Shown: positions 1 through 23,430 of the stretch, in pieces
Numbering within the stretch: the first letter of the stretch is position 1
Layout of the letters: every line of letters starts with the position of its first letter
Assembly (NCBI GenBank): GCA_021613535.1
Contig: CP075497.1
Coordinates: 1,674,001-1,738,000, forward strand
Direction: 5' to 3'
DNA from: Adineta vaga
Lineage: Eukaryota > Animalia > Rotifera
DNA: 64,000 bases
Notes under the pieces: model-generated
What the model was told of the DNA's origin: nothing
The model's input: only the letters and a program-made list of their open reading frames with translations
The model's database searches: none
Translations under genes and position numbers: made by a program

Positions 1-1108
1 CAACAGAACAGAAATGTAGAGGTAGATGTGTGGATGGAGTTTCACTGTTGCATGAAAAGACTATTCAAACTCGTAGCGACACTGACGTCTGCATTCACAC
101 GAAAACCGTCAAGATGGTGGTATGTTTGAGCTCAGCGAAATTGTAGTTCGATGAGGATTGGGCAATAATGTATTTTATCTACTCTCTGGAAAAAACGCGT
201 TTGAACTTATCGACAGAACCTTTTTCAGAACGCTATAGACGTCTAGTACACTAATATTGTGATAAACAATATCTTGAGGAACAGAACAACTAAATCATTT
301 TACTTATGACTAGAAAGTTTCAATAAAAAACTGTTGCATTCTTCGAACCAAATTCGGATCGTTAACAGGTAAATAACTAATTTTCTGTTCAATCATCACG
401 GTCAATGTTTATTACGTATTTGTATTGGTTTTAGTCGATTTAAAATTATGAGAAAAAGAAAACAGAAACATCACTCGTTAAAACGATTCATAGTACCGTC
501 GTTCGAGACATGAGTTATAGTATGCAATGATCATTATAGACACCATCAATATGATAGAAAATAAAGATAAATGGATAGTACAATATGAAGCAAACTTATT
601 TCAAAATGGTGATGTATTTTCCTCTTTATGACAAGATCTATATAATTTCAACAATTTTGTTTGAAAATAACGAGGAAACATATTTAGACAGACAAGACTT
701 TTAAAGGTTCTCTTTTGACAATAAGTAAATCTCAATATAGGACGAAGAGCGTCAGAAAGATTCTTTCTCTCACGTCTTTATTCGTAAAATATCGAATTTT
801 CGAGATATATACAAACATAGTGAATAGAACAAATCATCGAGGTATTCCTTCGGGAGTCACTGAACATGGACTAATATCTCTTCTTTCCATGGAGCAGAGT
901 TCTATTTACATCAGCATTGAGTGAGAGTCTGTTATAGAAAAGATTTTGTTTCTTTATTTCTGTCGACTACAATCAAATCATCAATTGATAACAATAATAA
1001 TATGTGATTTCAAAAAAAATACAGTTTGGATTTCATTCAAAGAAAAAAAAATGTTTTGAGATAGCATGGTTTGAATTGTTCTAGATATCAAATAAATATT
1101 TCGAAGAA

Positions 1109-2662
1109 TTACCATTGACCACCCTCAGTAGTCGTTGCTTGTGGTCTCCAATTTGATGATGTGGTTGCTACAGGATGAGGAGCGGAAGTCGACGAAACTT
1201 TATTATCAATGACAAATTTCTTTGCAACACCATGTGCTAATAACATTCCTCCATATAAGAGTGAAAATTTTAAAAGTACACATCCAATTCCTTTATATAA
1301 ACCTGAACTTCCTTCAGTTTCTTCAATTGATTTAAAACAAGACCAAAAATCTGTATAATAAATTGATGAATTGATTGGTAAAACACCAACACCAGTATCT
1401 GTATTATCGATAATTGCTCGAACACCTTGAACATGAAGACGATGTACAATTGTTTCAACAGGATAAAATAAAACTTGTCCAAAAAATCCTGCTGCTATTC
1501 GAGCAATTAATGATGCATATGTTGTTTCAAAAAGAAGAACATTTTCTTCTGTTTCATAATCATCATCCATTGATAACTAAACAAGTATTCAATTGAATTG
1601 AAATTTATTCAATTAAACTCATTTTACCTGAGCAATACGTTTTTGTTTCCTTTTTCGATATCGATCCGCTTCTTGAATTGCATTTAATGTTGGTAAAATA
1701 ATTTTATATAAAATTTTCTCACAAACATATCTTCCAGTCATTAAACCAACGGCTGGTATAAGAATTTTCCATATTGGTAACATTTTACTTCGAGCACCAC
1801 CGGTAATCGATGATGAATAAGGAATAAAACGAACTAATGTATCACGAATTCCATCAAGTAAATTTCCATCCGATGCACTGACACTTTGCACTGATTCAAT
1901 TAACATTATATAATATATTGGAGAGACAAGTAGATAAGATATACTAAGAAAGAATTCCATTAATTAGAAGAAAATAATAATTTGAATTTAAGACTTACGT
2001 TCGAACAGCAACATTACGAACAACACGACGAACTTGTTGAGTACGATTATGTTTACTTCTATGAAAATGAATGAGAAAGATGTAATGAATGAATGAATGA
2101 AGAATTTACTTCTTCACAGGAATTAAATCTTGAAGAAAATTATCTGTTGCAACAACTAAACCATGATATGCAATCGATGTTAATACACCTTTCCAAAGTG
2201 CAGATGGTCCCTACGAAAATTATTTAAAAAATCTTTTCAAAAGAAAGAATATCTTCTCTTACTTGTCCAGAGATTTTAAATAGAACAGGAAATACACTAA
2301 CGGGCGATAGATGATATTTAACTGCTTCATTATTTACCTAAATGAAAGAAAGATAATCAATTTGATTAAAAAAATTGATTGTTTTTTTTACCTGAATTTG
2401 TCGTCTGAGAACATCAAGTGGATAAAGAAGAACATGTTCAGAGAAAAGACTAAAGAAAAACAAATGATTCTTTTCTATCCTCTTGTTATAGAAATTTACC
2501 TGGCCATTTTAAGTCCAGCTGCATAATTACTTGCAGCTTGTTTAGAATCTATGAAAATGAAACACATGAGATTGAGAAGAGTAAAAAGAAAACAAATGTA
2601 CTTGTATTTGCTGATCGACTGACAACATCCGGATATTGAAATGACGATGGTGAAGAATCCAT
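1109..2662 (-). CDS. SLC25A46: Mitochondrial outer-membrane carrier-like protein SLC25A46 (Ugo1-like), multi-exon
   Basis: Last exon YPVETIVHRLHVQGVRAIIDNTDTG and GLYKGIG match SLC25A46 motifs. Upstream short exons encode HVLLYPLDVLRRQIQ and SALWKG. ATG at 2662, stop at 1109-1111. Confidence 0.85.
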
Positions 2663-2770
2663 ATAAATCAAAATCTAGAATACATTTACATATGTATAGC
2701 TCGTTTAGGAAAAGTTTATTGAAAACAAAAATAAAAAAGAAAAGGTTATTTTTTTGATGAAGTTTTCAAT

Positions 2771-3782
2771 TCATCTTTTGCTTCTTCTTCTTCTTCTTGT
2801 TCTCCTAATTCTTCTTCAAGTTTATGTTCCAATTCTTGAAATTCTTTCTTTGCAACCATATCAACTTCATCTTCAACCTAAATCAGATCAAAATTAAATT
2901 TCAATCATTCGTAAATCATCATCTACCTGTTCAACACTCTTCACTTCAGGAACATAGAATTGTAACATATTTTGAACACCATTTTTTAATGTAATTATCG
3001 AACTAGGACATGAAGTACAAGCACCTTGTAATTTCAATTTAACAACTCCATCAACAAAACCCTTTGAAAATTCAAAATAAAAAAGTAATTTTCAAATGAA
3101 AAGAAAAGTTTTTACCACAAAAGTAATATCTCCACCATCTTCTTGAACAGTTGGCCGTATTCGTGTATCTAATAATTCTTTAATCATCGCTGTTGTATCA
3201 TCATCTTCAGGTGACACACCTATTTAATGTTAGGAAAAAAAATCAAAGATAAGAACGTTTTGTTTAGTGAAAATCACTCTCACTCGCTTACTACTGGTGG
3301 GTTGTTGGGCATCTTCATCAATAACGGGAAGATTTGTTGAGAAAAAATCCATAATTGCTGCATAAATATCAGGTTTTAATATTTGCCATTGGATATCATC
3401 ATGTTGTTTTGTTATTGTTATAAAATCGGAACCCAAAAAGACGGATTTTACACCATCAATACGAAATAATTGTCTAAGATAAAAGAAACAAAAACAATTC
3501 AAAGATCGAAAAGAGATCTTGTCGTACTTGGCTAGTGGTGAAATATAAGCGGATTGAAGAGTCGGAAAATCTCGAGTTCCAATAGATGAATCAAGAACTG
3601 AACGACCTGGTAAAAATTTTACACTATTTGGATTTGGAGTATCTTGAGATTGAATAAACATTGATCGACCTGTTTTTAATTATAAAAATCATCAAATCAT
3701 GAAAAATGCAATTGAAATAATTACGTAAAATATTCCATAATTGAGAAGGAAAATTCAATTTAATTGATGATTTTAAAAACAT
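2771..3782 (-). CDS. NFU1: NFU1 mitochondrial iron-sulfur cluster scaffold, multi-exon
   Basis: [44 protein letters not shown], and C-terminal [12 protein letters not shown]...[13 protein letters not shown] (CxxC). ATG at 3782, TGA at 2771-2773. Confidence 0.95.
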
Positions 3783-3983
3783 CTGAAACGAGGTGAAATC
3801 TCAATCGATTGTACTATTCTCTAATTCCTCACTAGAAAGGTAATCTTTGTTATTTCATATGGTTTTTATTCTAAAAGATGACGGAATAGAAGAAACTGAT
3901 GAAAGCTACAATATAATAGTTAATTAGAAGGAGAAAAAAATAGGAGAAAAGAAGAAAAAAAACTAATCAATGACAAATGTTCT

Positions 3984-4652
3984 TTAGACATTGCTTGTCA
4001 ATATATCGGTATAAGCTTTAATTTTGCTTGAAATACTCATATCAATATAACGATCACCAACTTCTACAATCATTCCTCCCATTATTGTCGGATCAATTGT
4101 TGTTTCAACAGTAACTTTTTCACCTTTTTTACTAAATTGTTTTAATACAGAATCAAGTTCATTACGTAATTTATCATCTAATGGTTTAGCTGTAATAACT
4201 CGACATGATAATTCGCCACGATTCGCTGCCATCAAACGATTCATGACTGTAACAAATTTTGTTAATTTTTTTTCTCTTCGATTATCGACGAGTGTTTCTA
4301 TTGTTGTTCGAGTCATATCAGATAAACCTAATTCTTTGATTAAATCCATACGTTGTTCACGTGATACACCAGGATTACGAAATAAATCAGCAAGAGATTT
4401 ATTTTGAGTTAAAAGACGCTCTAATTTTTGAAAATCAGCATCGATTTGATCGAGTTTTTTCTGTTTGGAGGCAGCGGAAAATAAAGCTGAAGCATAACGA
4501 CCTTCTAAACCGAAAACTGGAATTGGTGGTGTGACCAATGATGCAGTTTCCGAAGAATTTGGTGAACCTGATGCTGCTTGAAGTAATGATGTACTTGTAC
4601 TAAATGAACGTACTAATTGATTACGAAGACCAACTAATCGATTTGCCATCAT
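3984..4652 (-). CDS. ATP5PO: ATP synthase subunit O (OSCP), intronless CDS
   Basis: PPIPVFGLEGRYASALFSAASKQKKLD and DPTIMGGMIVEVGDRYIDMS, with an Arg/Ser-rich transit peptide from ATG 4652. The ORF track starts at an upstream TTG. Confidence 0.96.
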   Translation of the reverse strand: MMANRLVGLRNQLVRSFSTSTSLLQAASGSPNSSETASLVTPPIPVFGLEGRYASALFSAASKQKKLDQIDADFQKLERLLTQNKSLADLFRNPGVSREQRMDLIKELGLSDMTRTTIETLVDNRREKKLTKFVTVMNRLMAANRGELSCRVITAKPLDDKLRNELDSVLKQFSKKGEKVTVETTIDPTIMGGMIVEVGDRYIDMSISSKIKAYTDILTSNV

Positions 4653-4979
4653 TTTGTTTTTGTCTTCAGATGTTGAATTCAAATCTACAAAAAAACAAGC
4701 GAATGATTCGAGGAAATAAATAATAAATAAGTTGATTCTTTTCCATTTCTCATTGGTTAGAATAAAACCTCTATAAAAATGCGTTCTTGTCTCTATGTCG
4801 TATTTATCTACGTCATCAAGGAAAGAACGGAGAAAAGAAGAAAAAAAGTGTTCTGTTTTGTTTTCTTTGCTGTCGATTCTTTCTTTTAGTTATTTTTGCC
4901 TTTGGACGGAAATAACGATTTTCTTTTCTTCTTTTTCTCTGATGTGGATTATCAGTTTATAGAGAATTGTTGAACAAAA
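4653..4979. promoter_or_regulatory. Short bidirectional intergenic/promoter region between ATP5PO and NF1
   Basis: Divergent ATGs lie about 330 bp apart. Contains ATTGG (reverse CCAAT) near 4752 and ACGTCA near 4811. Function inferred from gene layout only. Confidence 0.45.
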
Positions 4980-15414
<10,435 letters not shown>

Positions 15415-17405
15415 ATTCAATGTTGTTTTGTCTTGTATAATCTAGTCATACTTTATGTTGTACATTATTTACAAAAATATAAGCGTTCGAAACATATACA
15501 TATATATTCTTTTCAGTATTTGATTGATTTATTTTTTTCTTTGATGTAGTCTTTTAATGTTTATTCAAATGAATAAAGTTCTTTTTAAACAAAATATTTC
15601 ACTTTCTAAAATAAATTCAAGATCTTCTTGACAATTTTTTCAAAGAAAAATACATTTAGAAATGTAACAAGATTTTACTGTTGTAAAAAAGAGTGAAAAT
15701 GTTTTATATTTACCAATTAACTAATATTAATGTTCCTAATGATTTTCTGTACACTATTGATAGTCTTGAGGGTGTTAGTTATTTGAATAATGTGAGACAA
15801 TAGTTTACAGATATGTTTGATTTAATTCTGTTTGATAAATTTGGTTGTCAAATAAATTAATGGTTTAATGATATTGCATCAACAAGCTCTCGTTGATTAA
15901 CTGCTGAAGTGTAGAGCAGAAAGAATGATACAAATATATCGACTAATTTTTTTGTAATGGATCTTCCATGTATGGAAAGATTTGATTTATTTTCTTCTTT
16001 AATATCATTTCGATTAAAAACATTATTTTCCTTTACTAAGAGGAACGTAACGGAAAAAAAGAATTGTATGACATTTGTAGAGATGATCAAATCTTTTTGT
16101 AAGAAATCATTGATAGTTTTTAGGAAAGGACATTCATAGAACAGCTTAGGTTTATATGAAACTTAAGATGCATATCTTATCAGAAATAATAGTTATTGTA
16201 ATGCATTCTATGTAATACTTATCGTCGCAAAATTTCAATTGTCTCTTTAAACGGAATAACTTGGATAAAATTGTTGACTAATTCTTTTCTAGATTGCATC
16301 TATAAAAATGAAAAAGATACTAATCCCCATGATTGAGATTGATAACACAAGTCTTTGATTGAAGAATTGATAAATATTCTCGAAGTTCTTCTGTTAGTTT
16401 TGATTCTTATTCAATCGAATAAACGTATTTCATTGCTTTAATCTAATTTGGATAATTGATTTAGTTCTATTCAGTATGTATCTGATCCGAGAATCTTGAA
16501 GATAATGACGCAAATATTTGTTTGGTATAACAGTTATAAAATAAATACTGTTCGTCGCAAGTGATTCGCTTGACCATTGACTGAATAAATGATATAAATA
16601 TATATTTTGAATTGTGTTGTTAAAATGAGTAATCTTAATGCAAATATATATTTACCCACATATGTATAAGAATTAATCTGTATTATTAGCATGATCTAAT
16701 AGTTTTTATGACAGAAACATATTAGACAATCTTTTTGTTCCTCATTAATAAAGTATTTCTTTTAGTTTTTGAATCGAATTAATAAACGACTGCTCAAAAA
16801 ATATTTTGCTCTTTTTGTAGACTTTTGATCATACGATAACTAGTTGTTATTGAAATAAGATTATGTAGACGTCCCTGACGCATACATGAAGTATAGATAT
16901 ACTTACCCCCACACCCAACCTCAAGATGTTTGAGTGATGCTATAGAAACAATAAAGTAAATATTCTTACATATTTGTACTCGATGATTGCATTGTTTTCG
17001 TGTTGTAAACTGATCGACCGATGAAATTATATATTTATCTATAGCTTATTTGTTACTATATGTGTGTTCGTACATTCTATTTTAGATTTTCACTGGAAAC
17101 ACTGCCGTTACGGCGTCGCGATCTACACAAAACTGAATAAGTTTTCGATAAAATCTAACGGTTCTAATGATTTATCCTATGAATTTCGATTTGAAATCAT
17201 GCATCTGGAAAATATACTGAGTTACTAATAAATCTAAATATAAACCTATTTACGTATATGTATTATGTATAATGACGTCGTATATTTCTTTTTGATTTTC
17301 ATGTCTATTGATGTGTAACGGTAGAGTGGTAAAATATTCAACCCTGAAAACAGACAAATTTTGATTGTATATATGCGTTGCATATAACAAACTTTCACAA
17401 ACATT

Positions 17406-20400
17406 ATGACAATGAATCATTTGGATATTCAAGTTTTACCACAAAGACAGTCGATTGCTACAGAACATTATTCTAATGCTTCGAGAAATACGTCGATTGC
17501 ATTAATAGATTCATACAATCCAATATCTCCGAACAATAATACATCAACAAGTTCAAAAACTCAGTATGTATTATATATTATATTCAATCATATTTCATAG
17601 TTATTTTTCTTAAAGCTGTTTTACATGTCTCTCATCATCGATTAAACGAAAAATTTTATTTTTTATATTTACAATGATAATTATACTAATTGCTGTTCTT
17701 GTTGTTTGTTTAACATCACCAAAAGCACCAAGTAAGTTTTCTACATAAAATAAAAGTATATAAATCTTTTCTTTTGTGTAATATTAATTTAGATAAAACA
17801 TGTCGGTATATCATTAAATCCGATGCTCAAAACTCAATAAATGTTGATTCACATCCAAATGGCATCTCAATTGGTGATTTCAATCACGATGGCCTAATTG
17901 ATATTGTTAGTGCAAATTCAGGAACAAATAAAATTGGAATATTTATTCGAGAAAATTCTCAAAAATTCAGAAATCAAATTATGTATTCAACTGGTTCAAA
18001 TTCCATTCCATATTCATTAACTGTTGCAGATTTTAATCATGATCAAAAATTAGATGTTGCTGTAGCAAATTTCGGTACAAATAATATTGGAATTTTCTTT
18101 GGAACAGGCAATGGATCATTGATATTTTATAAAACTTTTCCACTTGGATCATCTCGTCCACGATGGATCGATCACGGAGATATTAATAATGACACATTTA
18201 TTGATTTAATTACAGTTAATTATGGTACAAATGATATTGCCATTCTATTAGGAGATGGAAAAGGAAATTTTGTTAAACAATTAAGTCTTTCAACGGGATA
18301 TGATTCTAATTCGTCTTCATTAGTAATTAATGATCTAAATAATGATCATATTCTTGATATTATTGTTGCTAATTATAAAACTGATAATATTGGAATTTTC
18401 TTTGGTCAAAGCAATGGAACATTTACAAATCAGATTAATCTATATACTGGTATTCATTCTCATCCATATTCAATTGCTATTAATGATTTAAATAATGATA
18501 CGTATATGGATATTGTTATTAGTTGTTCTGGTACAAATAATCTTCAAATTTTTCTCGGATTTGGTAATAAAAGTTTTATTATGTCAAATATATATTCAAC
18601 TGGAAACAATTCTTTACCTTTATCTGTCATTATTAGCGATTTTGATAATGATTATCATCTTGATATTGCCGTTGGTAATTATGATATTCGAACTATCGGT
18701 GTCTTTTATGGAAATGGAACTGGTCTCTTTTCCGATCAAACAATATTTTATACAAATAATAATTGTAATCCATATTTATTAACTATTGCTGATTTCAATA
18801 ATGATACTCGAACGGATATTGCTATTGTTAATTATGATTATAATTATCTTGATATTGTTCTAACAGAGAGAAATTATGCTTATTCAAATCAAATATCTTA
18901 TCAAACGACTAGTCAAGAATCTACATCTAATCCTCAGTCTATTGCCGTTGGTGATTTAAATAATGATAATCGATTAGATATAGTGGTTGCAAATTTTTAT
19001 AGTGATACTATTGACATTTTTCTAGGACATGACAATGGTAATTTTTCAAAAGATATGACTTATTCAACAGGAAATTATTCTAATCCATATTTTGTTGCTG
19101 TCAACGATTTGAATAATGACAATAAATTGGATATCATTGTTGTAAATAATAAAGCAAATAATATCAGGATCTTTTACAATGATGGACATGGAACATTTGA
19201 AAATCAAGTTATTTATTCAACAGGAGATGATTCTAATCCATATTCTCTTGCTGTTGGTGACCTTAATAACGACAATAAAATGGATATCGTTGTTGCAAAT
19301 TATGGATTAGATAATATAGCAATATTTTTTGGTGATACAAACGGAAATTTTACTAATCAAATTAGTTATTCAACTGGAAGTGATTCTGGTACACAGATGA
19401 TAGCTGTTCAAGATTTTAATAATGATAGTTATTTAGATATTGCAGTCATTTGTCAATATACTTCGAGTTTAAATATATTCCTTGGACATGATAATGGCGT
19501 ATTTTCGAATCAAAGCATTTATTCAATGGGCTTTAGTACTGAACCAAATAGTATGGCTATTGGCGATTTAAATAATGATGGTTCTCTAGATATTATTGTG
19601 ACTACTTATTATGGTCGTAATATTCATGTTTTACTTGGATCAAAAAATGGAATATTCAAAGAGGTAGCAACTTATTCAACTGGTAGTGGTTCTCGACCAT
19701 ATTCATGTGTTATTACAGATTGGAACAATGATAATCATTTAGATATTATTGTTAGTAATTGTGACACAAACAATATAGTTTTATTTAAAGGATATAGTAA
19801 TGGATCATTCGTTTTGGAAGAAAGTTATTCCACTGGTATCGATTCATGTCCAATATCAATTGCGTTCGGTTATTTTAATAATGATAATCTAGTTGATATT
19901 GCTGTTACTAATACTGATAGTGATACTCTTGGTGTTTTCTTTGGATATACTTATATGCATGGTAAACGTGAAGCAACATATTCAACGGGATCGTCTCCTC
20001 AACCACGAGCTATTGTCCTTGCTGATTTTAATAATGATAGTTATTTAGATGTTGCTATGACCAATTATGGATTAGATAATGTCAATATTCTTTTAGGAAA
20101 TATTAATGCAAATTTTCCATTACAAACGACATTTTCAACTGGTATTTTATCACTTCCAACTTCACTTGCTGTTAATGATTTTGATAATGATGGAAAATTA
20201 GATATGATAGTTGCTAATTCTGCTGCAGAAAATCTACGTATTTTTTATGGATATCAAAATAATAGTTTTATGACATCAAGTACATATTCAAATGGTGTTG
20301 GTTCATCACCACAATCAGTAGCGATCGGTGATTTTAATAATGATAAGAAACTTGATATTGCTATTGTAGATTCTGGTACAAATAATGTATTCACATTAAT

Positions 20401-22099
20401 GAGACATGATATTGGAGCATTTAGAGAACAAATAGTATATCCTACTGGCGCAGATTCTTCTCCACATGCTGTATCAGTGGCTGATTTTAATAATGATAAT
20501 CGATTTGATTTTGTTGTTGTTAATAAAGATAGCAGTAGTATTAGCGTTTTTCTTGGTCAAGATAATGGAAGTTTTTCCAATCAAACAACATATTCCACTG
20601 GCGATCGATCAAGTCCATGGGCAGTTACAACTGGTGACATCAGTAATGATAGTTATGCAGATATTATTGTCAGTAATTTTTGGGATCATAATATTGGTAT
20701 TTTTCTTGGTTTTGGTGATGGCACATTTTCTAATCAAATAACTTATTCAACTGGTAGAAGTACAGCACCAACTGATACTGCCATTGGTGATTTCAATAAT
20801 GATAATCATTTAGATATTGTTGTTACTCTCCAATCTTCTTATGAAATATGTATTTTTTATGGCTATAGTAATGGTACTTTTTCCTATGAAACGAATTACA
20901 CTACAGGCGATGATTCATATCCATCATCAGTAGCTACCAATGATTTTAACAGAGATGGATATTTAGATATTGTTGTTTCTAATTATGGAATTGGTTCTCT
21001 ACATATATTTCAAGGACAAAAGGATGGTACTTTTACACATGTAGATACTTTGTCTACTGGGATTGGCTCAAATCCACAATCACTTGTTATTGATGATTTT
21101 AATAAAGATACTCTACTAGATATTGCTGTTGCCAATAGTGCTGCAGACAATATTGGAATCTTTTTTGGAAGCCATAATGGTACATTTCGTAATCAAACAA
21201 CTCTTTCGACAGGCAAAGGTTCTGCTCCATATGGAATTGCTGTCGGTGATTTTAATCATGACAATCAATTAGATATTGCTGTTGCTAATTATGGTCATAA
21301 TAATTTAGGAATACTTCTTGGATGTATTAATGGCACTTTTTTCAGTCAATTAACTTATACAAGTGGTGATTATTCTCAACCATGGGAAGTTGCCGTTGCT
21401 GATTTTGATAACGATCATCGTTTAGATATTGTTATTGCTAATCTAGGCACTAATAATGTTGGTGTGTTTTTTGGACATGTTATTGAAGATTATCTAAGTG
21501 CACCACCTTATTCAATTGATTCATCTTCACAACCAACATCTATTGCTATTGGAAATTTTAATAATGATACTCGATTAGATGTTGTTATTACTAATGAAAA
21601 TACAAATAATATAATGATATTATATGGATCAGGTTATGGAACTTTTATTAGTGAACGAATATATTCAACTGATAATAAATCTCATCCACGTTCTGTAGCT
21701 GTTGCTGATATTAATCAGGATCATCTATTGGATATTGTTGTAGCAAATTCTGGTACGAATAATATTGAAATTTTCTTAGGAAATGGAAGTGAAACATTTG
21801 CAAATTCAATAACATATTCTACTGGTGTTCGTTCTCAACCCAACTCCATTGCAATTTTAGATTTTAATAATGACACTTATTTGGATATTGCCGTTGCTAA
21901 TTATGGTTCGAGTAATATTGCTGTTTTATTCGGTGATGGTAATGGATATTTTGGAAATGAATTAATATTTAATACTGGTTACCGTTCATATCCATATTCA
22001 CTTAGCATAGGCGATATTAATCATGATAATTTAACCGATATTATTGCGACAAATAATGGATATGGAAATATTGATATTATCATGAAAACTTGTTCATAA
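17406..22099 (+). CDS. Type II membrane protein with 28 FG-GAP/VCBS-like Ca-binding repeats
   Basis: Exons ~17406-17563, 17616-17731 (TM segment KRKILFFIFTMIIILIAVLVVCLT) and 17793-22099 join in frame. 28 D(F/L)NxDxxLDIxV motifs counted. Confidence 0.9.
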
Positions 22100-23430
22100 A
22101 ATATATTTTTTAACGATGTTAGTTTTTTCTTTGATCTATAGAAATAGAAAGAATAAATTTCATCTACCAATATCTCTTTGAGTATTTCGTATACTTCTTG
22201 AATACAGATATACTCCTTTGTCTTCTGCTAACTACATTTATCTTCATCTCAGATTATTTTTCTAATCTTTGACAATCAGAATAAAAGATAAAACTAAATA
22301 AATTCGATAGAAAACCAAAAGAATTAATAGAAAAATACCATGCATGTAAGTTATAGAGGGTAATTTTGAAGGCAATTAACAAGGAGATATTTTTTATAAT
22401 TTATTACAATTACTTTTGTAGTTTATCATCGAACATCTTGAAATTTTCATACTAAGCAATTAAACTCTTTTGCAACTGAATTAATGAAGAATACAAATGT
22501 TCAGAACTTACAGTGTTATTTTGTTTTCTGACTATTTAAATAATTTTCTTCTCTTTTTGATAGTCTTTTAATATTTATTGAATGAAACAATTTCATTGCT
22601 CTAGAAAAAAAGTCATAAATGTTTCTGCTTTCTCAGTTTGAGAAGAATGTTTGTTTATGAACGTTCTGAAAGTACATACTATGGAAATGGGCACCTTAGC
22701 CTTCCAAAAAAACTATGAATGATTTGTCGGTATAACTTTAATTTTTTACTTTTTTTGGTCGTCTTACATATAGTAAAATAAATAAGCATGTGTTTCTATG
22801 GTGTGATTATTTTTGTCTTTCAGCTTCAGAATGCTTGAGAAAAACAAAATGTGAAGGTTTTAGTAAGAGACACAACATCACTTGAAGCTAATAAAAGTAT
22901 TGATAGAATGACAACAAAAAAGAAAAGTTCTGTCCGGCATGATTCACTGAATTGTATTTTCTAGAAGAATACAAATCAGACAAAGTTAAAGTAACCTGTA
23001 TGATGTATAAGATTCAATTGAGTATTTATTATAATGGTGAAAGTACGGTTGTATAGCATTTCATGTTGATCATCACTTACTAATCACTATCATAACATAA
23101 ATATTTCTTTCTGTAACAACATATAAGAGTAGTGATAACATAATGAAGATAGGCACACTGCCGTATCTGACAATTCTGATCTTAATATATGAAATCAATG
23201 ATTTAAGCAAAATTTTGTTCTTTCTCTGTATCTGAGTTTAAAAACAAAAAAGTACATTGTGAACGTCGGAAACGCAGGTAAAAAATGTCCTTGTTTGAGT
23301 AGAACATTTTATGTTCTATTCTTAAATTTTAAACGGAAAATGAAAAATACGAAGAAAGAAGAAAAGGAAAAAAATTTTCTTTCTATTAAGAAACCAAGTA
23401 ATTCTTTTGATGTTCTTGATGGATCGTTGT

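Noticed and set aside
1-924. ORF 715-924 and a slightly GC-richer stretch at 1-300
   Set aside because: TTG start, no recognisable motif, and no consistent exon structure found.
18495-20741. Hydrophobic alternative-frame ORFs inside the FG-GAP gene
   Set aside because: Shadow frames produced by AT-rich codon usage of the real CDS.
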